From positions 1-41,216 of IMG/VR virus record IMGVR_UViG_3300036782_000053: 41,216 bases of DNA, one strand, 5' to 3'. Source of the DNA: a virus. The notes beneath the pieces are model-generated. The model saw only the letters and a list, made by a program, of their open reading frames with translations, was not told the origin of the DNA and searched no databases. The translations under genes were made by a program, and so were the position numbers. This document shows positions 1-5,872 of the stretch, in pieces. Every line of letters starts with the position of its first letter. Within the stretch, counting starts at the first letter, position 1.

Positions 1-127
1 TTAACGTTTTCATTAATGTTTTCATCTTCATCAACGTTAACATTACCATTAACATTGTTGTTAACGTTATTACCCTGTTCATCTTCACCACTTCTTGTAG
101 CACTTTCTCCAAATAAATCAGCTAATT
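1..127. repeat. Terminal overlap: bases 1-127 are identical to 41090-41216 (closure of a 41,089-bp circle, or terminal redundancy)
   Basis: Base-by-base comparison of the two window ends: ttaacgttttcattaatgttttcatc...ctccaaataaatcagctaatt is present at both. An ORF reads continuously across the junction. Confidence 0.95.
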
Positions 128-146
128 CGCGCTCCTTCAAAATCAT
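1..146 (-). CDS. 5' part of the ParG-like ribbon-helix-helix partition protein gene. Full gene = 146..1 joined to 41089..40852, 127 aa.
   Basis: ATG at 146, 4 nt after AAGGAG, overlapping the parA 3' end by 29 nt. Translation: MILKERELADLFGESATRSGEDEQGNNVNNNVNGNVNVDEDENINENVNEEENGNNNPKEPEVKKKANEDILELLKDNNDKKVVGFHLDKDVRDAFQKLLGKKPKRGDQSKIANKIFRDFFEERGLL. Missing from the ORF track because the window edge splits it. Confidence 0.65.
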   Translation of the reverse strand, partial: MILKERELADLFGESATRSGEDEQGNNVNNNVNGNVNVDEDENINENV

Positions 147-915
147 TCAGCTCCTTAAATAAATTCTTATAATAAAATGCAAATTCATTATCTTTTTTAG
201 TAAGTGTAAGTGGTAATTGGTTATAAGCAATCGAATTAGCAAATTGAATAGTTCTAGGGATATTAGCTTTAAAGAAGTGAATGCCTTCTTTCTCACAAAA
301 ACGACTTGCTTGTTTCATCGCTTCTGTATGAAGCTTAGTATTCTTTTGAACTAATGTAGCTACAACTCCAGTAATCTCTAAATTAGGATTATGTTTATTT
401 TTAAATTGACCAATTACATCGATTATTTTTATTAGTGATCGTACGGAATATTGTTCCGGTTGGAAAGGAATAATAATTTTATCCGTACAGCAAATTACAT
501 TACTTTGTATTAACCCTGAAGATGGTGGGCTATCAAATAAGATTACATCGTAATCGTCTTCCACAGACATTAACGCCACCTTTAAAAGTAAAAATGGATT
601 TATGTATTTATCTAAGTTAGGCAATATATCGAAATCTAAAAAGCTCATCATTTCATTAGACGGTAATACATCGATGTTCTCATGAACATTAACTATCGCT
701 TCACTTGCCGGTGCAAAATGAACTAAAACATCGTGCAATGTAGTACGATACTTGTCCGGATTCTTCCCGAAAGACAACAGTGAATTCCCTTGTTGGTCAG
801 CATCCACAATTAGAACACGTTTACCTTGTTTCGCATAAAGTCCAGCTAAATTTACAGTCATTGAAGACTTTAACACGCCGCCTTTATTCTGTACGAAAGC
901 TAATTTATAAGCCAT
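118..915 (-). CDS. parA: ParA/Soj-family partition ATPase (small type-Ib form, no N-terminal HTH)
   Basis: 265-aa ORF. Deviant Walker A NKGGVLKSS near the N terminus, plus VDADQQGN and LFDSPPS motifs. GGAGG 7 nt upstream of the ATG at 915. Confidence 0.9.
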   Translation of the reverse strand: MAYKLAFVQNKGGVLKSSMTVNLAGLYAKQGKRVLIVDADQQGNSLLSFGKNPDKYRTTLHDVLVHFAPASEAIVNVHENIDVLPSNEMMSFLDFDILPNLDKYINPFLLLKVALMSVEDDYDVILFDSPPSSGLIQSNVICCTDKIIIPFQPEQYSVRSLIKIIDVIGQFKNKHNPNLEITGVVATLVQKNTKLHTEAMKQASRFCEKEGIHFFKANIPRTIQFANSIAYNQLPLTLTKKDNEFAFYYKNLFKELNDFEGARIS

Positions 916-934
916 TCTGATACCTCCATTAAAT

Positions 935-1004
935 TTACATTAACAACAACGTTAACGTTTATATTAATAATTACATTAACGTTAATGATTATGTTTATAT
1001 TAAT
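935..1004. promoter_or_regulatory. par promoter region with two tandem ~35-bp modules carrying perfect palindromes (AACGTTAACGTT, ATTAACGTTAAT); candidate parS/operator
   Basis: TTACATTAACAACAACGTTAACGTTTATATTAATAA (935-970) followed by TTACATTAACGTTAATGATTATGTTTATATTAAT (971-1004), immediately upstream of parA. The second module recurs 30/34 at 40754-40787. Confidence 0.55.
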
Positions 1005-1097
1005 CTACTTTATCATACTTATTCTTTCATGCAATTGTTTTCCCTTTAAATCTTTTAAAAATACTTTCATTCGGGTATGTGAAATTTTAAGTTTAAA

Positions 1098-1122
1098 CAA
1101 AATAAAAAAGAGCCGAAGCTCT
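1098..1122 (-). terminator. Rho-independent terminator after the 46-aa ORF
   Basis: On the minus strand, AGAGC-TTCG-GCTCT followed by TTTTTTATTTT. The stem starts at the stop codon. Confidence 0.8.
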
Positions 1123-1262
1123 TATTTCGTTAAAGTATTAATTTGTTCTAAAAGTGCAATTGCCTGTGGATCACCGTTCTCCGCTTTTTCTAAGATGATA
1201 TGTAACTTGTCCTCCACAGTAATTTCATTCTCCATTTGTAATGCAGCCCCTTGATTCATCAT
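1122..1262 (-). CDS. 46-aa acidic small ORF in the AimX position, downstream of the receptor-peptide pair
   Basis: GGGAGG 9 nt upstream of ATGATG at 1262. Translation MMNQGAALQMENEITVEDKLHIILEKAENGDPQAIALLEQINTLTK. Followed directly by a strong terminator. Below the size cutoff of the ORF track. Confidence 0.5.
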   Translation of the reverse strand: MMNQGAALQMENEITVEDKLHIILEKAENGDPQAIALLEQINTLTK

Positions 1263-1300
1263 AGTAATTTTCCTCCCTAGTTTTTATGTAAGATATATAA

Positions 1301-1339
1301 GTGACACAGTTTTACGATTTGGTGTTTTATTTGTGTCAC
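1301..1339. promoter_or_regulatory. Inverted repeat GTGACACA-N23-TGTGTCAC; candidate receptor operator in front of the 46-aa ORF
   Basis: Perfect 8-bp arms at 1301-1308 and 1332-1339, lying between the peptide gene and a TATATA -10-like element upstream of the 46-aa ORF. Confidence 0.5.
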
Positions 1340-1354
1340 CCCTTAAACGCACTG

Positions 1355-1380
1355 AAAGTCGCTACCGAAGTAACGACTTT
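1355..1380. terminator. Stable 11-bp hairpin with tetraloop downstream of the peptide gene (terminator or attenuator, possibly bidirectional)
   Basis: AAAGTCGCTAC-CGAA-GTAACGACTTT with one G-T pair. The plus-strand side is followed by CTTTTG. The minus-strand side lacks a clean U tract. Confidence 0.4.
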
Positions 1381-1411
1381 CTTTTGCTGATATTTGTATT
1401 AAATTAATTTA

Positions 1412-1540
1412 TTAACTGCCGCCCGGATCAACCATCATATACTTAACCGGGCTTGTCTGATCTACTTTATCAACATTTCCAAATACTCCGAATCCAAATG
1501 CCCCTACGCACATCATTAGTGCAACTAGTTTCTTTTTCAT
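1412..1540 (-). CDS. 42-aa secreted signalling pre-peptide (AimP/Phr-like)
   Basis: Its ATG overlaps the receptor stop codon (ATGA at 1537-1540). Translation MKKKLVALMMCVGAFGFGVFGNVDKVDQTSPVKYMMVDPGGS has a KKK n-region, a hydrophobic core and a polar C-terminal pro-region. Not in the ORF track. Confidence 0.7.
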   Translation of the reverse strand: MKKKLVALMMCVGAFGFGVFGNVDKVDQTSPVKYMMVDPGGS

Positions 1541-2667
1541 TGTAGTAATTCCCCTTTGCTCATTAGTATGTTCTTACATAACTGGCCATAGAAACTTAAT
1601 CCTGATAATTCAAATTCTAGTAAGGCTTGTTTAATGCCTTCTAAATTCCCAATACATTTACTATAAGTAAATCGTTGGAAAGGACTAAAACCTTCTATCT
1701 CCATTTCTTTAAAAAGTGACAATCCCAGTTTCCGATCCCCAAAATTATATTCATAATTAGCTTTTTCGTTCTTGTGGATTGCCGACAAATTAATCTCTTT
1801 AATATTAATCTCATAATTTAGCCTTACATGTGCAAGTGTTGACTGAAAAGCTACATATTTTTGAGATTTTAAAGGAACATTAACTTCTCCCAATTTTTCA
1901 ATTGCCTTTGATATGTATTCAATTGATTTAGATGGAGATTCAAATTGATAGCTTTCTCCCAAACAACAAAAGGCAGTTGCTTGAATAATTGGAATATCTA
2001 TGCAAGAGTTGATTATTTTATAGCATGTATCTCTACATTCATCAAGTTGCACTCTCCATAAATACATGTACGCTTTTCGTTCATCAGCTAACATGCGTAA
2101 GTAATCCTTAATAATACCTTCTCGTAGTTTTTCTAAATTTTGTTCCATTGCATCCACATATTGAATGATTGCATTGTTATTTGGCATATCCGCAAGTGAT
2201 AACATTAATAGAATGTTTACCATCACCTGACAATGTGGATTGGAGGAAAAGCGCTTGCTACTTAATTCATTGTAAAGTTCTTTACCTCTTAATTCGTTCT
2301 TATTTCTTTTGTTAAAAAGTTTATATATGCTGAAGAATATTCCTAAATTAGTTTTCTGTTCATTTTTAGTTATTAAGTGATTCATAAGATCGTACTCACC
2401 TTTAACTTGGCAATATATTAAACCAACTTCAATATTCGATATACTTTCACATTTACTAAAGTATTCACTAGTAATTTCCCTTTTCTCGCTTTGCTTTTCA
2501 AATAAAAGATTAATAGCATCAAAGAACAATTTTACATCCATTTCATATTCACATGTAATCCCTCTTCTGAGCTTTTCACGACTCACTTTAAGTTTTTCAG
2601 CAAAACCTCTTCTTGAATATCCTAGGGATTCCATTCTACTTAATAAATGATTCATAACTCGTTGCAT
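1537..2667 (-). CDS. RRNPP-family (AimR-like) HTH plus helical-repeat peptide receptor/transcription regulator
   Basis: 376 aa. N-terminal HTH-like segment LGYSRRGFAEKLKVSREKLRRGI, then about 300 aa of helical repeat-like sequence. GGAAGGGG RBS. Size and architecture match AimR, and it is coupled to a small secreted-peptide gene. Confidence 0.7.
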   Translation of the reverse strand: MQRVMNHLLSRMESLGYSRRGFAEKLKVSREKLRRGITCEYEMDVKLFFDAINLLFEKQSEKREITSEYFSKCESISNIEVGLIYCQVKGEYDLMNHLITKNEQKTNLGIFFSIYKLFNKRNKNELRGKELYNELSSKRFSSNPHCQVMVNILLMLSLADMPNNNAIIQYVDAMEQNLEKLREGIIKDYLRMLADERKAYMYLWRVQLDECRDTCYKIINSCIDIPIIQATAFCCLGESYQFESPSKSIEYISKAIEKLGEVNVPLKSQKYVAFQSTLAHVRLNYEINIKEINLSAIHKNEKANYEYNFGDRKLGLSLFKEMEIEGFSPFQRFTYSKCIGNLEGIKQALLEFELSGLSFYGQLCKNILMSKGELLQ

Positions 2668-2791
2668 GATTTTCCCCTTCCAGAAAAAATAAACCGTGTC
2701 CTAACGAATTTTCTCAAGTCGGAAACAAAATACGAGGAAAGAATATTGCGTTTTTGTGTTATACTTAGATGTGACTCGTATGTAGCAAAGT

Positions 2792-2873
2792 GTTTCCTAA
2801 GTACCAGTTAGGGAACGGTTCAAGAGATAGTTTGACAGCCGCCTCTTGAACGCGCTCATATGGGTCTTTTTTT
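2792..2873 (+). other. Two adjacent hairpins plus a T7 run in the noncoding region upstream of the receptor gene; possible small RNA or leader structure
   Basis: GTTTCCTAA-N7-TTAGGGAAC (2792-2816), GTTCAAGAG-N16-CTCTTGAAC (2818-2851), TTTTTTT at 2867-2873. No ORF on either strand. Confidence 0.25.
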
Positions 2874-2982
2874 CGTTCGTTATAGTTATTTTTAATACTA
2901 TCACGAATTTTCTAATTTTTGATGACTAGGTCACCTGATAATTGTTGAGAAAGTTTTTTTATTGTTATAAATCAAGATTTCG

Positions 2983-2996
2983 TTTTACATGTAAAA
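2983..2996. promoter_or_regulatory. 14-bp perfect palindrome TTTTACATGTAAAA; possible operator
   Basis: Read directly. Lies in the AT-rich divergent region between the receptor gene and the 3164 XRE gene. Confidence 0.3.
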
Positions 2997-3046
2997 TTTC
3001 ATATTAACTAATGATTTATTAGCGCATGAATATTTTACCATAAAAC

Positions 3047-3060
3047 AGAACCTTTGTTCT
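3047..3060. promoter_or_regulatory. Cheo-box-like LexA site aGAAC-CTTT-GTTCt inside a TTACCA-N18-TATATT promoter-like element
   Basis: GAAC at 3048-3051 and GTTC at 3056-3059 (GAAC-N4-GTTC). TATATT at 3059-3064 overlaps the box and TTACCA lies at 3035-3040. About 100 bp upstream of the XRE gene. Confidence 0.45.
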
Positions 3061-3163
3061 ATATTTATTTTTAATTTAGTTGTTTGGTGACTAAAAATCT
3101 ATAAACGTTAATAAAACGACTATTTGTAGTGGTGTGTGGAGGTACTGTTTATACTTATTTATT

Positions 3164-3508
3164 ATGATAATTTTTGGTAAAACTCTAAGACAATTGAGAA
3201 AATCGCGTGATCTAACACAAATTGAATTGGCTGAGATTTTAAATCTTAGTCAGAGCCAAATCAAAAATTGGGAAACAGGACGATTTCAGCCGGATATTGA
3301 AACTCTTTCTAATATGGCTTCCTTTTTCAACGTCTCATTAGACGTCCTTGTTGGCTTTTCAAACAATTTCGAAGATGAACCAATACAACAAGTCATTTCT
3401 GAAGCTAGGTCAACGTATGGGGCGTTAAACGAAGCTCAGAAAGAACGTTTTTGTAATCAGTTGTTATTGTTCATGAAAATGATAAAAGACAATCAAGGAA
3501 CGTTCTAA
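3164..3508 (+). CDS. XRE-family HTH transcriptional regulator (114 aa)
   Basis: MIIFGKTLRQLRKSRDLTQIELAEILNLSQSQIKNWETG is a classic XRE HTH N terminus. The start at ATG 3164 is preferred over the track start at 3134. No well-spaced RBS, so the start is uncertain. Confidence 0.8.
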   Translation: MIIFGKTLRQLRKSRDLTQIELAEILNLSQSQIKNWETGRFQPDIETLSNMASFFNVSLDVLVGFSNNFEDEPIQQVISEARSTYGALNEAQKERFCNQLLLFMKMIKDNQGTF

Positions 3509-3591
3509 ATTACATTCATTGTAAAAGAAATGTTTTCCAATTTATAGCGGTAAAATATTACATTATTTTACTCAATGTGGAAGGGGGCTGT

Positions 3592-4479
3592 TTAGCTCTC
3601 TTCTTTTCTGTTTTTACCTAGTAACTCAGCTAAACGTTTTTGGTTTTCTTCTATATCTTCAGTAGCTTGTCCATTGTCTTCCACAGTTACTACTTCATTA
3701 TCTTCTTTTAACCACTCAGGGGCCATTTCAGTACGTACATATTTAGAACCTGATACTTTTGCTTTACCTTGTCTTACTTTCTGTTTCTGGCCAAGCTTAG
3801 ACATCTTTTCTTCCACAACCTTTATGACATAGTTTTCAGCAGCAACTAGATCGGTAGTTCCGATTGCTTTGCATTTACTAGTAACATCATGAATTGCTTT
3901 AATAGTTTTTTGGTTTGTAATCTCTCGCTCTTTGATCTTTGAATTCATTAAATCAAGAATCATAGATTCAGTGACAGGGTTAGTTATAATTTCTTCTTCT
4001 TCTTTTTCTTTAATTAAGTCTTTTTTTATAATATCTTTCTTATCTCTTGGTTTTGAGGTCTTCATTTTGAGGTCTTGAAAATCAAGTCCCCAAATTTGAC
4101 CGTGTTCTTTTTCGGCATAAGCAAGAATCTCTTCACGTTCTTCAGCTGTGAATGGCTTGATACGATAGTAATATTCGTAGTCCCATTTCTTACCCACACG
4201 AAACTTATATTCAATGATGTAATTAGCATCCATTAATTCTTTCCATGCATTTTTTACAGATACTTCTTTATTCTTTCCATAACGTTTGTACAGTTCTGTT
4301 TTATGTAATTCCCATTCTTCAGTGTTGTAAGACCAAAGATTAACGATTAATCCTAATGCTTGTAATGAAAGACAACTTTCTGGATCATCATTATTTTTTC
4401 GCGTTTCAACTGCAACTGCTGTTTTGTTTGGTACTTCCACATATTCTTTTTCTAGTTTCCATTTTTTCATTTTAGCCAT
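3592..4479 (-). CDS. Putative plasmid/prophage replication initiator (winged-helix Rep or DnaD-like), 295 aa
   Basis: GGAGG RBS before ATG 4479 (MAKMKKWKLEKEY). The N-terminal half resembles RepA_N-type initiators of Firmicute plasmids (LSLQALGLIVNLWSY...VKNAWKELMDANYI). Charged low-complexity linker. Sits between the repressor and partition genes. Confidence 0.5.
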   Translation of the reverse strand: MAKMKKWKLEKEYVEVPNKTAVAVETRKNNDDPESCLSLQALGLIVNLWSYNTEEWELHKTELYKRYGKNKEVSVKNAWKELMDANYIIEYKFRVGKKWDYEYYYRIKPFTAEEREEILAYAEKEHGQIWGLDFQDLKMKTSKPRDKKDIIKKDLIKEKEEEEIITNPVTESMILDLMNSKIKEREITNQKTIKAIHDVTSKCKAIGTTDLVAAENYVIKVVEEKMSKLGQKQKVRQGKAKVSGSKYVRTEMAPEWLKEDNEVVTVEDNGQATEDIEENQKRLAELLGKNRKEES

Positions 4480-4563
4480 AATAAAAAATCCTCCATTTAC
4501 CTGCCCGACAAAAATTGGGTGTAGCAAAATAAAGGATTTGTATTTACGTTTTTTTAAGTTTAT

Positions 4564-4580
4564 GATACTATCAAAGTATC
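4564..4580. promoter_or_regulatory. Inverted repeat GATACT-ATCAA-AGTATC in the rep promoter region, containing the 12-mer ACTATCAAAGTA found in the 38.6-kb array
   Basis: Perfect 6-bp arms. The 12-mer at 4567-4578 is identical to the array unit at 38646-38657. Overlaps TTGATA -35-like hexamers on the minus strand. Confidence 0.5.
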
Positions 4581-4777
4581 AATTAAATTAACGTATGCAC
4601 AAAACCTCTGTTACCGGTTTTTAAATGGCGAGTGGCGACCAACCTTCTACCATCTAAAAACTTTCGTCGGGGGTTTTTTTATTTTTATATAAAGTTAGTT
4701 GTTTAAAAAAAGTATGTATCTATCCTTCATCTTAACAGAATCTTGTAGAAAAAAGAAGAATGATAAGGAAAAAGGTT

Positions 4778-4803
4778 GAGAGCTGAAAAGCTCTCTTTTT
4801 TTG
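4778..4803 (-). terminator. Terminator after the cI-like gene (bidirectional hairpin)
   Basis: GAGAGC-N6-GCTCTC flanked by a T run on the plus strand and AACCTTTTT on the minus strand. Confidence 0.7.
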
Positions 4804-4806
4804 TTT

Positions 4807-5127
4807 CTAGAAGTTATCAATTAAATTCATGATAGCTTGTCTCTTTTCTGGAGGTAATTTATTTATCTTCTCCATAAGATCGGCAGCTTCTTTTGAGATT
4901 TTCTCTGATTTGTCATGATTTAATGTTTTATGCTCTGATAATCCCAGCATGTAGTCAACAGATACATTGAAAAGTTTAGCCATTTTGACTTTATTTTCAC
5001 TTGAAGGGGACTGTTTTCCTGACTCGAATCTTGAGATATTAGATTTTTCAATTTCTAAGACATCTGCTAGTTGTTGTTGCGTCATTCCCTTCTCCAGGCG
5101 CAATGCTTTTAAGCGTTGTCCGAACAT
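4807..5127 (-). CDS. cI-like XRE-family repressor (106 aa)
   Basis: MFGQRLKALRLEKGMTQQQLADVLEIEKSNISRFESG HTH. Divergent from a cro-like gene. AGAGGAA RBS. Confidence 0.8.
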   Translation of the reverse strand: MFGQRLKALRLEKGMTQQQLADVLEIEKSNISRFESGKQSPSSENKVKMAKLFNVSVDYMLGLSEHKTLNHDKSEKISKEAADLMEKINKLPPEKRQAIMNLIDNF

Positions 5128-5255
5128 TTTTGTGTTCCTCTTTTCATTAAAAGTATTAAGATGTGTTTTTCACAACTTATTTATATCTACATTCTATATT
5201 AAAAGTTGAGTGGAAATCAACAAAATAATTATTTGTATAAAAAATCAAAATAATA

Positions 5256-5272
5256 GTTGCGTAATTCGCAAC
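5256..5272. promoter_or_regulatory. Operator palindrome GTTGCG-TAATT-CGCAAC in the cI/cro divergent region
   Basis: Perfect 6-bp arms, overlapping TTGCGT ... TATAAA promoter-like elements reading toward cro. Confidence 0.6.
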
Positions 5273-5313
5273 TTTGTTATAAACTCGATTTATGAAAGAG
5301 GTGTTCATCGTTT

Positions 5314-5514
5314 ATGATTATCAATAACGAATTTCTTCGTGAAATTAGGAAGGAAAAGGGATTAACACAAACTCAAGTGGCTAAGTTACTTAACCTTGAT
5401 AAGACATCTATTTCAAAGTACGAATCAGGCATTCATTGTCCTAGCTTAAGAGTTCTTGTGTTATATTCAGAGACTTTCGATATAAATATTGAAAAGTTTC
5501 TCAGGCAAAGTTAA
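5314..5514 (+). CDS. Cro-like XRE-family HTH protein (66 aa)
   Basis: LREIRKEKGLTQTQVAKLLNLDKTSISKYESG. AAGAGGTG RBS. Divergent from the cI-like gene. Confidence 0.8.
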   Translation: MIINNEFLREIRKEKGLTQTQVAKLLNLDKTSISKYESGIHCPSLRVLVLYSETFDINIEKFLRQS

Positions 5515-5520
5515 TTTTTT

Positions 5521-5556
5521 TTGCAACAAGGTTGTGTAATTCGCAACAAGTTGTGT
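5521..5556. promoter_or_regulatory. Second operator cluster (GTTGTG-TAATT-CGCAAC plus flanking GCAAC/GTTG half-sites) downstream of cro
   Basis: ttGCAACaagGTTGTGTAATTCGCAACaaGTTGTGtg. The core at 5531-5547 differs from the 5256 operator by one base. Confidence 0.5.
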
Positions 5557-5570
5557 GAGGAGGAGAGATC

Positions 5571-5726
5571 GTGAAAAACGGTAAGAATCCAACGAATAAA
5601 GAAAAACAACTAATTGAGTCATATAGTTTAAATCCGCGTAACTGGTTGATTTTTAAGAAAGCAGATGGACAGCTTCATTTAATCCACCGAAACACTTTTT
5701 ACAAACGTGTTATTCCAAATTCATAG
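5571..5726 (+). CDS. Hypothetical 51-aa protein
   Basis: GAGGAGG RBS 7 nt before GTG 5571. Translation VKNGKNPTNKEKQLIESYSLNPRNWLIFKKADGQLHLIHRNTFYKRVIPNS. Below the track cutoff. Confidence 0.55.
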   Translation: MKNGKNPTNKEKQLIESYSLNPRNWLIFKKADGQLHLIHRNTFYKRVIPNS

Positions 5727-5744
5727 TTTGAGAGGGTGAGAGTA

Positions 5745-5852
5745 ATGGAAGAAAGCACAATGTCATTATTCATCATAACGGTAACAATTTGCGTAGTAAT
5801 GTCACTTGCAGCTTTATTAGATAAACCAATTAAAAAGTTTTTAGCAAAATAA
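5745..5852 (+). CDS. Hypothetical 35-aa single-pass membrane peptide
   Basis: GAGGGTGAG upstream of ATG 5745. Translation MEESTMSLFIITVTICVVMSLAALLDKPIKKFLAK. Confidence 0.4.
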   Translation: MEESTMSLFIITVTICVVMSLAALLDKPIKKFLAK

Positions 5853-5872
5853 TGAAGGGACGGTAAAAGAAA

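Noticed and set aside
1-127. 127-bp end repeat as a true phage direct terminal repeat
   Set aside because: This cannot be excluded from sequence alone. However, the repeat falls inside a coding region of the par operon, far from the terminase/cos-like region, which fits an assembly closure overlap better.
985-1254. 89-aa plus-strand ORF from the track
   Set aside because: It has no RBS and a Phe/Ile/Cys-rich nonsense-like sequence. It runs through the par promoter repeats and a terminator, and is exactly antisense to a better-supported RBS-preceded 46-aa minus-strand ORF.
2817-2826. GGTTCAAGAG resembling a tRNA T-arm/T-loop
   Set aside because: The flanking bases do not form a 5-bp T stem. 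No acceptor, D or anticodon arms can be drawn around it.
5122-5137. GAAC-N8-GTTC overlapping the cI-like start codon as a second LexA box
   Set aside because: The spacer is 8 rather than 4 nt, so it does not fit the Cheo-box geometry.
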